Source: Eledone cirrhosa (Eukaryota). From it: 64,000 nucleotides of DNA. The translations under genes were made by a program, and so were the position numbers. The notes under the pieces are model-generated. The model did no database searches, was not told the DNA's origin, and saw only the letters and a list, made by a program, of their open reading frames with translations. Of the stretch, positions 40,382 through 52,500 are shown piece by piece. The stretch is taken from positions 70,804,001-70,868,000 of the forward strand of contig OZ024742.1 of NCBI GenBank assembly GCA_964016885.1, in the 5' to 3' direction. How positions within the stretch are numbered: position 1 is the first letter of the stretch; each line of letters begins with the position of its first letter.

Positions 40382-40797
40382 GTGATACTCATCTGTCAAT
40401 ATCTCAGAATCTCGAAGAAATTGTTGCTAGATCAAGTAATGATTCAGCTAATGTTAGTTGCCTCAGTCATGGTCCAGATAACATTACTGGGGCTAGTAGT
40501 AGTGGACTTAGTAATATTACTGAACCCAGCAGTTTTTCTAACAATATTGGACCTAATAATATCACAGGAGCTAGTTGTGTTTCTGCTAATCTCAATGGCT
40601 CTGTAAATGGTGCTGACTATACTGCTGACTCTAACATAAGCACTGCTAACATTGCTGGATCAAACAGAGCTCCTGGTAATATTATTGCTGCATCAAATAG
40701 AGCTTCTGGCAATGCTGCTACATCTAATAATATTACTGATAATATTCTCAATTGTTTAGAAGAGGAAAAAGAGAATATTCCTCATTCAAAACGGCAG
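40382..40797 (+). CDS. PRDM10: PRDM10 coding exon 5 (N/S/A-rich low complexity)
   Basis: ttgttttctag acceptor; DTHLSISQNLEE...ENIPHSKRQ; cag|gtaagt donor; phase 1/0. Confidence 0.78.
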
Positions 40798-41829
40798 GTA
40801 AGTTGAATTTTTCTAGTGTTTTTTTTTTATATATATATATAATCTTGTGAAAATAAAACATGAAATAACTTGTTAAATTCAAAATAGCCAAAATACTTTA
40901 TCTTCTAGTCCAACCCTTGCTAGCAAGGAAATGAATGTTAAACAATGATGATGATGATGTTCTAGATAATTCTGTTCCAAAACCTAAAAGAACCAATGTC
41001 TGTCTCCCTGAGCATTGCATATAATTCTGCTTGCAAAGGTTGGCAAAATTATTAGAATGTAGGACAAAATGCTTTAGAATATTTGTTTTAGTTCTCTGTG
41101 CCTTGCATTGAAACTAGTCCTCCTGATGGGGTCAACTTTACCTTTCATCCGTTCAAGGTGGATAAATGAAAGTATCATTTCAGAGCAGGGAATTGGCATA
41201 ATTGTTAGAGAATCTGACAAGATACCTTGCGACATTTGTTATAGCTCTTTGCATTTTCATTTCAAATCTTACTAAAGTGGTCAACAATTTGTTACCTGGT
41301 TTAACAATGCCACCTGGCCATTGAAGGCCTTCAGTGGACCACTACACTGTTGCATTATTCCAACCAGGTATCCAGTTTGACAATACTTTCCCCACTTTCA
41401 CCCATTAATGTTGGAGGTCTTGAAATTACTCAGAGTAGAGATGAGCATCGCATAACAATCCTTTTGGCATTCACTTGATGTGGTTGGCAACTGAAGATAG
41501 AGATTTGAATTAGTGTATCTATTGATGTTCTTAAACATTTCATTGACTAGCTCTATGTCATGTGTATGTTTAAGCAAATTTACACAATTTCAATTACAAT
41601 ATCACCTGCTCCGAAATTTCGGGGCTGTTGTATGTATTTTGGGACTTATTGTGACCAAAGTATGAATTGTAGCATTTCAATTACACTTCTTTTTCTAAAA
41701 TCTACTTAGGTGTAAATATTATGGAAACACACATTTCAGCACTACAGAAAACTAGGGTATTGCTACAAAACTGGCAACAGATTGCTATCCTATCCAGAGA
41801 GAAGAACAAGTGTGAGTGAGGGGAGATAC

Positions 41830-42030
41830 TGGTGTTGGGGTACAGCGGTGATAGTGTGGAGGTATAGGTGTGGCTGTGGAGCTATAGGTGTGGCTGTGTG
41901 GAGATACTGATGTGATATTGTGGGGGTATAGGTGTGATAGTGTGGAGGTATAGGTGTGATAGTGTGGAGGTACAGGTGTGGCTGTGAAGGTATAGGTGTG
42001 GTTGTGTGGAGGTATAGGTGTGGCTATGTT
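41830..42030. repeat. About 22-bp GT-rich minisatellite
   Basis: Repeated ggaggtataggtgtggctgtgt. Confidence 0.8.
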
Positions 42031-42313
42031 GTTAAGAAGTCTATTTTATAACCACGTGAGTTCAAGTATGATCCCACTGTATAGCACCTTAAGCAAATGT
42101 CTTCTACGATAGCCTCTGACTGACCAATGTCTTGTCAATGAATTTATTTGATGGAAAATGTGAGTAAGCTTGTTGCATGTGTGTGTATGTATATATAAAT
42201 ATGTATGTGTGTATATATATATATATATGTGTGTGTGTATGTGTGTGTGTGTATATATATATACATATATTGAATTTAGTTCTCTTCATTCTTTTTTCTC
42301 TTTCTTATGGAAG

Positions 42314-42416
42314 CTGCGGAAATCAAACCGTATTGCCAATATGGAAGCTGAATCAAGCTGGTCAAGTCATCGACGCCAATACAAACCTACCAAAGCATAT
42401 AACCCCGATGAACTTT
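42314..42416 (+). CDS. PRDM10: PRDM10 coding exon 6
   Basis: Pyrimidine tract and aag acceptor; LRKSNRIANME...YNPDEL; gtaagt donor; the split codon t|gg gives the Trp of the WCEEC knuckle. Confidence 0.85.
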
Positions 42417-42454
42417 GTAAGTATTCTTGTAATCTTCATTTTATTTTTTTTATC

Positions 42455-43055
42455 CCTCTACAATAACCCCTCTACAACAGCCTCTCTACAGTAATCCTTC
42501 TACAACAATCCCTCTACAACTATCTCTTTACAACAGACCTTCTACAATAATCCCTCTACAACTATCCCTCTACAACAGTCACTCTACAACAATTCCTCTA
42601 CAATAATTCCTCTACAACTATCCCTCTACAACAGTCCCTCTACAACTATCCCTTTACAATAATCCCACTACAACCATCCCTTTACAATAATCCCTCTACA
42701 ACAGTCACTCTACAATAATTCCTCTATCAATCATTCTACAACAATTTCCCTATAACAGTCCCTCTACAACTATCCCTCTACAATAACTCCTCTACAACAA
42801 TCCCTCTACAATAACCCCTCTACAACAGTCCCTCTACAATAATCCCTCTACAACAGTCACTCTACAATAATTCCTCTACATCAATCATTCTACAACAATT
42901 CCCCTATAACAGTACCTCTACAACAGTCCCTCAACAATAACCCCTCTACAACAGTCCCTCAACAATAACCCCTCTACAACAGTCCCTCTACAATAATCCC
43001 TCTACAACAGTCCCTCTATAGTTATCCCTCAACAATATTCCCTTTACAACAATCC
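42455..43055. repeat. About 16-bp minisatellite
   Basis: (tccctctacaacaa-like)n over about 600 bp. Confidence 0.9.
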
Positions 43056-43313
43056 ATGTGCAATGATTTATCTATAAAAGAAATTTTTATAAAAAAAGAT
43101 TACTTACACAGATATTTTTGCAGGTTTAAACAGAATTTAATAGTTTAAACTAACAGATCAGTAAAGAAGATGAATATCTCTTTTGAAATATTCCCTCCAC
43201 CTATCCTCCACCGTAAAGTAGATGAATTATTGTAGGTGAATTTACGGGTTCTTATTTTATATATCTATTTCACTGCAATGAGAGCTGCAATTCTAAACTT
43301 TATTTTTCTCAAG

Positions 43314-43454
43314 GGTGTGAAGAATGCATGACTACATACCAGAATGAATGCCCAGAACATCGGTTACAAATTGTTCCTGATAAAGTAGTATTATCTCGAG
43401 CCTGGTCCAGCTTACCTCCAATACTTCAGATATTTCGACTTGGAGAAAGTACAG
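43314..43454 (+). CDS. PRDM10: PRDM10 coding exon 7: PR zinc knuckle and start of the PR domain
   Basis: WCEECMTTYQNECPEH...DKVVLSRAWSSLP matches the C-x2-C...C-x2-H knuckle of PRDM4/10/15; cag|gttagt donor. Confidence 0.93.
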
Positions 43455-43756
43455 GTTAGTTGACTGTTTCTCAATATTTAATTTTTTAAATTTAACACAA
43501 CTATTAATATCTGATTTATTAATCCTTTAGTATTTAAACCGGCTGTATCTGCCCTGAATTCTCTCACCTCTTTCTGTTCAAACCGGCTGTAACCGGCCAC
43601 TCATACTAATGTTAAGGTATGGTTCTTAAAATATATATCAAAATCTCATAGATTCGATATTATGTGAGGTAAAGCCTTTACCGTGAAAATATAATAGTAA
43701 ATATAGAATAATGTATATGCTAAAGAGTTAAAAGAATTATTAATTTTAGTTATTAA

Positions 43757-44774
43757 CATCATCATCATCATCATCAACGTTTAACGTCCGTGTTCCACGC
43801 TTGCATGGGTTTGGACGGGGGTAGTCCCACTTGAGGCAAGTCCCACTTGCTCGCATAGGACTGTCTGGCAGGTTTTCTACAGTTGGATGCCCTTCCTAAC
43901 ACCAACCACATTTACAGTGTGGGTCTGGGAGGTTTTTACCGTGTTGCCTACATGGCCACATTACAGCGTGGACTGTGTGTTTTTTTGTCGTGACACCTAC
44001 ACGATCTCATTTGTTTCGGCCTATGGCGCGGCACCAACATAACTTTACATAGAATGGGGTGGTGTGGATGGGGTGGGGGTGGTGGTGGTGGGACGGGGTG
44101 TATTTTGTTAGAGATGCCTACTGGTTGGAGTAGGTTTTACTATATATTTAGGTAAGGCGGGTCTTCTCTGTTACTGAGTACCGCCAGAGGTCTCGGTCCA
44201 GTGACATTGTCTTGGAGAGGTGTAAGTGTGTGATGTCGGAGTTTATCAGCTCGTCCCAGGTTTTTCTAGGTCTGCCTATTCCGTGACTACCGTCTATCTT
44301 TATTGCCCTGCACTTTGTTATACAGCTATCGACTTTCATGCGCATCACGTGTCCATACCAACGTAGCCTTCTCTCGAGTAAACAACATCTGATCCCTCTT
44401 ATCTCTAATTTTTTCCTTAGTTCGTTTATGCTTTGCCGTTCACGTATATTACTGTTACACATCCAGCGGAGCATGCAAGCTTCGTTCCTCTCTAGTCTGC
44501 GTATATCCTCTGCAGACAATGCCCAGGTCTCACTGCCATGCAGCATTGCTGTTCGTATGCAGGCATCGTACAACCTGCCTTTCATTTTTAGGGAGAACCC
44601 TTTAGCAGCTAATAGTGGTATAAGCTCTCTGAACTTTTTCCAACCAGTTCTGACTCTAGCTACAGTACTTTCAGAGCACCCTCCCCCACTGCTGATTTTA
44701 TCGCCCAGGTAACGGAAGCTGTCCACTATTTCTATAGAACCCTCTGCGCAATTGAAAGAGCTAGTATTAGACAT
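43757..44774 (-). mobile_element. 5'-truncated RTE LINE, same family
   Basis: ORF 44148-44774 is nearly identical in protein to the C-terminus of ORF 51916-53532; shared 3' UTR and (CAT)n tail. Confidence 0.93.
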
Positions 44775-46207
44775 ATAAATTATAATTATATTAATTTGAT
44801 TTATAAGTAGTTAATTCATAAGAGTAATTATTTTGATCAATTTTAACCACAAACATCATCATCATCATGATTCTATACCCATTTTCTATTCTGCCAAGGG
44901 TAGGGTTGGATAGGTTGTTTAGTCCAAGTCAATTCTTACATCTAACACATACACTCCATTTTTGGCATAGTTTCTACAATTGAATACTCTTCCTAGCACT
45001 AACTTCTCTTAACAAATGGTTGGTGTTAAGAAAGGTAATCAGACATAGAAACCATACCGAAAATGGAACCTATGAGTGAGACATAGCCCTTTAACTTGTC
45101 TAGGGGAATGGCAGTAACTCTGACTCAAACCCTAACAACCCACCCAACCCATGTTAGCATAGAAAGTGGGTGTGAAATGATAATGAGGAGGATGGTGATG
45201 ATGACTATGACAACAATGAATTATTAGTTAGTTGAATTAGTATTAGTATTCCCATAAGAATTAATAGCAAATGTCTGGCATCTTGGGCAAATATTAGTTG
45301 CCATAGCCTTAGGACAGACAAGGCCTTGTGAGTGAAATTAGATAGACAGAAATTGTTTGGAAGCCCATCAGATGTACTGTATTTATAATTGAAAGGGCCA
45401 GCCTTTGTCACACACTAAGTCACACTGAATCTTCATGAGAATTACATTAAGATTACACATAATTGTGGAATGCTCAGCCACTTATATGTTAATTTCCCAA
45501 ACAAGCTGGAACACTCACCTGTGGCATCATGTAATGTGACACATCTAATTGGAAACATCTGGAAAAGATAAGTGTCTTTAACCATCCATGTTAAGAGATT
45601 CCTGTTTACTACTACTACTACTACTTCTTCTTCTTCTTCTTCTTCTTCTCCTTCTCCTCCTCCTCCTTATTCTTCTTCTTCTTCTTCCTATTTATAAATA
45701 GATGTATATATATATATATATGTGTGTGTTATCATCATCATCCTTTTATGTCCACTTTTCCATGCTTACATGGGTTTGACAGATTTTCTCCAGCACACTC
45801 TTCTCATTGCAATCCTTTGTCATTTCCTCTGTGAGGTTCAGTGTTTTAAAATCATCTCTCACCACGCCTTCCCAGATCTTCCTCTACTGCAGCTTCCTTC
45901 CACTGGAATCTCCTGGCACTTTTTTACCCAGTAGTCATCACCCATCCATGTATATGTGTGTATATATATATATGTTTGTGTGTGTGTGTGTTTATATGTC
46001 TATGCATATAAACACACACACACACACAAACATATATACACACATATACATGGATGGATGATAAACATTTATATGTTTGTGTATGTTTGTTTGTGTGTCT
46101 ATGTGTGTCTGTATGTGTGTCTATGTGTTTCTAAAGGAAGTGGTTATTCATTTTCAATGACTCCAAATAAATAAATTCTATATTCTGTTGTATGTTTTCA
46201 TTGTTAG

Positions 46208-46320
46208 AACTTGGAGTGTTTGCAAAACGTCCCATTGTAAAATCCACACAGTTTGGGCCATTTATTGGTGAACCTGTAGCCAACCAAAGTCAGCTAACAA
46301 ACTGTCGGTTTGTTTTAATG
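46208..46320 (+). CDS. PRDM10: PRDM10 coding exon 8: PR/SET domain
   Basis: ELGVFAKRPIVKSTQFGPFIGE carries the GVF..R.I...TQFGP..G PR motif; ttag acceptor, gttagt donor. Confidence 0.93.
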
Positions 46321-47457
46321 GTTAGTTGTAAATGCACTGCTTACTGCAGGCTCTTTTCTTTTCTTTTTTATTTCATTTTGTTTCATTCATACTTTTACTA
46401 TAGCCATCTACCATTTATGGACACAATATCCGGAGCTGAGGTTTCAGAAACGTCCCCTTTCACTACTTGTACTTTTAATACCATCTAGTCCCTAAACTAC
46501 TTTTAGTTCTATGAAACGATACAAAAAAACCTTTTAACGTAATTTATATCGGAACTATTTGTTATGTTAGAAATACCATCTTAATAATGAAATGATAAAT
46601 TTAGTAAATCCATCCAAATTTTACATTAATTAATTAAAATACAAGGTATTTCATTAAAAATAATGCCTATAGCCATCACAAGCCATTCAAGACTGGATGC
46701 TGTTAGTGTTCCACTTAAAGACATGTGGATATAGAGGGGTGCCATTTTGTGCAAGAAGAACTGGGTATAAAGGTTACTGTGGGGTTTACGGAGGTGTACA
46801 TAACATATGTGATGTAAGTCATGAGTGCCTGAGAGTAAGTGACATAAGACCAGCTAGCTTTGAAGAACAGAGGCCATTGTAGTAAAGGTGGAATAGACAG
46901 AGGAAGAATACAGAATATCTGTTGTCTGGAGGCTGGAGAGAGTCTGTTAATAAGATTATGCCAATTAGTTGGGTAGAGTTCTATGTTATCAGATGTAATC
47001 TCCAATGAAATTCTGTTTATAAATTGTTATGAATTTCATCCAAAGTTGAATAATATTAATTTATTTGATATCATCATCTTTATATCTGCTTTTCCAGTTT
47101 ACTTATTTTTTTAAATAGTGCATATTCCACTGATCCTCTTTTGTCTAACTGCTAAACTGTGGGACATATTGTTTAAACAAGCATCACCATTTGTTTTTAA
47201 GCAAATCTTTCCACACACAGGGCACACCAATATATATGACAAACTTCCTCACAGTTTCTATCTGCCAGGAATAGCAAAGCTGTAGCTATAATACTGCACT
47301 GCGGAATCAAACATGCAACCACATGATTGCAGATTAAACCTCTTGACCACACGCCCATGTCTGCACCAATTTATCTAATAAAGATATATTTGTGCTAATT
47401 CCTTCACTTCTATATTCCTTCTGATAATTTGTGTTTTCACTGAACCTTTATTTGCAG

Positions 47458-47637
47458 TTAGAAAATGAGAATAACGGGAGTTTTTACATTGAAATGTCTG
47501 ATGAGAACAAATGCAATTGGATGATGTTTGTACGACCTGCTGAGAACTTTGCTGAACAAAATCTTGTGGCCTACCAACATTGCCAAGATATCTACTTCAC
47601 AGTTTCTAAGAATATTGAACCAAGGCAGGAACTCAAA
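47458..47637 (+). CDS. PRDM10: PRDM10 coding exon 9: PR/SET domain core
   Basis: SDENKCNWMMFVRPAENFAEQNLVAYQ...KNIEPRQELK is the PRDM10/15-type signature; tttgcag acceptor, gtaggt donor. Confidence 0.95.
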
Positions 47638-49559
47638 GTAGGTGCTTATACTCTCTCTCTCCAACATTGTCTCTATTCAATTACTCCCTCTCTCTCACTC
47701 ACCCCTCACTCCAATTTCATCTGTCTAATACACTCCTTATCCTCTCACCCTATTCATTCTTCTATCATTGCTCTGTTTTCTATTCACCCTCTTTCATGAA
47801 GGCACATGGCCTAGTGGCTAGGGTGTTGGACTCAGAATCATAAGGTTGTGGGTTCAATTCCCGGTTTAGGCGGCACATTGTGTTCGTGAGCAAGCCGTTA
47901 CATTTCATGTTGCTTTTCATGGTAGGATTGGGACCTCTATCATTAAAATACCCTAAAGATCTTCTATGAGATGCAACTTTATATGAGACGATGTAGGGAG
48001 TGAGTATTCTTTAGTCTTATGAGATTCAAGGTATATACACTTGTAAAGTGGCTGGTGTAAAGAATGGCGTCCAGCCATAGAAACCATGGAAAGTAAAAGT
48101 GATACATGGTCTTCTTACCCATCTGATCTCCCTTCCTTCCACTAATCTCAGAGGCCCTGATGAAATAAAGTGTCATGAGCACTGCCTTTTCCTTCTTGAG
48201 TAAATGGTTTGAAAAAATGACTAGTATATAACTAGTACTAATTTTATCAACCACAAAATTATCATTATCGTTTGTTTTTACTTCAACTTTTCCAAGTTGT
48301 CATCGGTTAGATGGGACTTTTTGAAATAATGCCCTTCCTGATACCAACACTTTTAGTCACTTCTTATATCATGCAGGGATACAATGTACTTATTCTAAAC
48401 TGGATAGACACAATGATACACATTGAATAAGGAAATTGATTCTGCAACATTTTCAGTTCGGAAAATGAAACATATATACATATGTATATAACCCAATTTC
48501 TCTCTCACTCACAAACACATATATGAGCTTAGTATACAACTACTTCAACGAGGCCATTTTCCTTGTTAAAGTAGAGGTTAGTGTTGTCAGACCTAGGTCA
48601 AATTTCTCATTTTTTTTCCTATTGTCATCTCCCTCCTTACCGATTCCCTTGCTTTCATTTCCTCCTCCATCATCTTTAGCCTTTTCTTTCTTTGTCTTCC
48701 CCTTCCTTAACCTCAGTAGTTCTCAATCGGGGCCCATATAAGAATTTTTGGGTCCACCCTCCCCCCAAAAATAACAAATTGAAGGTCCATGATAGTATTT
48801 TAGAAAACAAATTTTAAAAAAACAATTAAGTTAACCAAAGCAGTTTGTCAGAAATTCTTTAGTGGATTAATAGAAATCAAAAGAAATGATTCTAGAGAAA
48901 AGCAAAAACAACAACAACAACCAGAGTCAGTGATGATGAAGTGTCAATAAATTTATATATGTATACATACCTATTTATATATGACAGAGTTGGGAAAGTA
49001 CTCTGGTGAGTAGTCTAACCAGTTTTTTACTGTATCCATCTTGATTTATACCTATTCATATATAAATACACACACACGCACACACACACACGAATATTGT
49101 CTCCAGTTTATATATCATCATCATCATCATCACTGTTTTACGTCTGTTCTTCCACGCTGGCATGGGTTAGACAGGTTGTCCTGTTGTGGCAGTGTCCGGT
49201 CGGCTGACCTTGTCTTGCTCATACAGGAACTGATTCTGGCTTGATTTCTACAGCTGGATGCCCTTCCTAACACCAACCTCATTTACAGTGAGTGCTGGGT
49301 GCTTTTTTGCCGTGGCACCTACACGTCCACTTTACAGTGAGTGCTGGGTGCTTTTTTTCCGTGGCACCTCCACGACCACTATTCAGTGGAATGATAGGGA
49401 CCCCAGTCCTATCATCTCATTTCTACAGCTGAGTAAACTGGAGCAATGTGAAATAAAGTGTCTTGCTCAAGGAAACAACATATCACCCAGTCTGAGAATT
49501 GAACTCACAACCTTTCAATTGCAAGCCCAATGCTCTAACCACTATGGGAATCTTATTTA

Positions 49560-52500
49560 AACCTTAACCTTCTCGCTAACTACACAATATCCCTCCCACC
49601 CGCCCCCACGCACCACCATTATTACATGGGCCAATCATAAGTCAGAGGCCATTACTATCGCTTACCTGGTTGCCTTTCGATATGATGGATGGACTACGGA
49701 ATTCTGGAGAGTTGAAAAGAAAAATCTGGACGCTCAGTGACAATGCCAAAGATAAAGACAAATTCACCTCATGGACGAGAATGCAAGGACTCCTCCTCTT
49801 TGTTTCGGCCGCGGATGGCTAACATAACCCCATCTACCCCCGCCCCACCGCTCCCACTCTCCAAACGCAATCCAAAACTTCAGAGTTGGTACCATGAATG
49901 TAGGCACCTTAAAGGGTCGATCTAACAAGGTTGTAGAAATGCTTGAACGTAAGGAGGTCGATGTTTGTTGTATTCAAGAGACCAGGTCGAGGGGTGGGTC
50001 TGCTAGATTCATCGTGGGTAAAGAAGATGCTATAAGCTTTTCTGGGTGGGAAATGACAATGGGCTGGGTGGAGTAGGAATCATGGTAGCAGAAAAGTGGG
50101 CAAATAAGATAATAGACGTAAATAAAGTGAATGACAGAATAATTAAAATAAGACTTGTCCTCAATAGAACTACGGTGACTGTAATATCTGCATACGCACC
50201 CCAATCCGGACTGCCCGGCACTATAAAAGACAGATTCTATGAGACACTGATGCTCACTACCTCCCAAATAACCGACAGTGACTATATAATTATTGCAGGC
50301 GACCTAAATGGTCACGTTGGACAACATTGTGACGGCTATGACGGAATCCATGGAGGCTATGGGTTTGGTACTAGAAATGAGGAAGGCTCCAGAATCCTGG
50401 AATTCTGTGACGCAAATAACCTAACTATCTGTAACACTAACTTCCGAGGTGCGTGCGAGACGAAGAAACCGTCGCGCACGCATTCATACACTGCCCGGGC
50501 GTCACTGACCTGTGGGGCTATGTAGAACGACTATTGTCGCGGGTGGGACCAATCCAGTTGACCACCGAGTCCATTGTCATGATCAAACCGCCACCCTCCT
50601 TCAAAAACGAAGGAGAGGCGGTTTTCCTTTGTGTGATAGCTATGGCGAAAGAGGTTGTATGGTGGACAAGGTTGAAAGGGCTGAGGTCAGACACCTTTCT
50701 CTCCGGCCAACAACTGATTCTTTTTTTCAAATACCACTTTGGAAGAAGAATCAGGATGGAGAGAGAGGTGCTGTACCCCAGCAAGTTTTATGAAAGGTGG
50801 GTGAAAGTGGCGAGAATGGCCCGAGTGAATGGGCCTTCTCTCTATATCAGCCTGTAGGTTGAGGAAAAGGAGGAGGAGAGGAAAGGAGTACAAGCTCTTC
50901 GTACTCCTGGAGATGAGGGTTGCACATTTTTTTCGGGGGTCTGTGTTACCCATATAAACTGTCTCCCTCTATTGGGGAAAATCGACTAACTTTTAAATTC
51001 CATCTGTGATAACATTTTACACGTTTTTATTGTATGTAAACTTCCCCCTTTGTATTTGTCCCCTTCTTTTGTGCCCCTGTGGCTAATAAAGAAATATATC
51101 TGTAACACTAACTTCAAAAAGCGAGACAATCACTTGATCACCTATAGATCGGGGGAACACACAAGCCAGGTAGATTATATCCTTACCAGGAGACGTGACA
51201 GAGTGTCTGTTGTAAACACTAAATCCCTCCCCCATGAAGAATGCACGTCTCAACATAGACTCATAATTAGCAACCTCATAGTCAGGACGAGACGTATTCA
51301 ACAACAGAAGAGGACTATCCTCAGGAGAAAAGTATGGAAGCTAAAGGACCCCACAGCCAGAAATAAAGTTCAAAGCATATTACTTGATGCTTTTGATAGT
51401 AAGGAAGAGCATTTAGAGTCGTACAATATAGAGGAACAGTGGGAATTCCTGAAAGCTAACCTGCTGAAGGCGACAGATGAAACTTGTGGCTGGAGCAGGC
51501 CTATAGGCAGGAGGAGAGTAACTTGGTGGTGGAACAGTAAGGTGGAGAGGTCAATCAAGGCCAAAAAGCAGGCTTGGAAAGCATGGCGGGATGGGGGAAG
51601 TAGAGAAGATTATCAAGTGGCCAGGAGGGGAGCTAGGAGACAAGTGTACTTCGCAAGAAGGGAAGCAGAGGAAAGAAAGTTCAAGCATGTTCTACAACGC
51701 GAGGACCAAAAACGTGAGGTGTTCAGGATTGCTGTGTCAAGGAAAACAGTGATATTGTCAGGGAGAAGTGTCTCCTAAATGATGATGGTGTACTTGCCAT
51801 CACTGACGCTGATAAGAAGGTAGCTTGGAAGTGTCACTACGAAAGGCTACTAAATGAGGAGAATAATTGGGAGAAAGACAGTCTCCCCCACATCGACCCA
51901 ATAGAGGGACCAGCAGTGCAAGTTGAAGGTAGTATAATAAGTAAGGCGATCAAAGACATGAAGACGAGCAAGGCGGCCGGGCCTTCGGAAATAGTTGCCG
52001 AAATGCTGAAAGCATCTGGAACGGTGGGACACACTATGGTCACCCGGATAGTAAACCAAGTCATACAGTATGGGGTCGTTCCGAAGGACTGGCGCAGCAG
52101 CATCATCATTAACTGCTACAAGGGTAAAGGTGATGCCCTAGATAGGGGAAACTATAGAGGCATTAAATTAATTGACCAGGTCATGAAGGTCACAGAAAAA
52201 GTAATAGCGCAACTAATCAGAGAGCGAATTGATCTAGACGAAATGCAGTTCGGGTTTGTGTCAGGTAAAAGTACAACAGACGCTCTTTTCATTGTACGAC
52301 AACTACAGGAGAAGTACCTAGCTAAAAGTAAACCCCTATACTTAGCTTTTGTTGACTTGGAGAAAGCCTTTGACAGAGTACCCCGTTCCATTATCTGGTG
52401 GGCCCTTAGAAAACTAGGTGTTGATGAATGGCTTGTGAGAGCTATACAAGCCATGTATAAAGAAACAGTCAGCAAGGTTAGAATTAACAACGAATATAGT

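Noticed and set aside
47798-47875. tRNA gene (also 24105-24180, 9019-9105 and about 16090-16165)
   Set aside because: Box A/B are present but I could not form a convincing acceptor stem or cloverleaf, and most run into SINE bodies.
49560-49880. HDV-like ribozyme at the RTE 5' end
   Set aside because: Known for some RTEs, but I could not assemble the nested double pseudoknot by eye; an RNArobo/Infernal search is needed.
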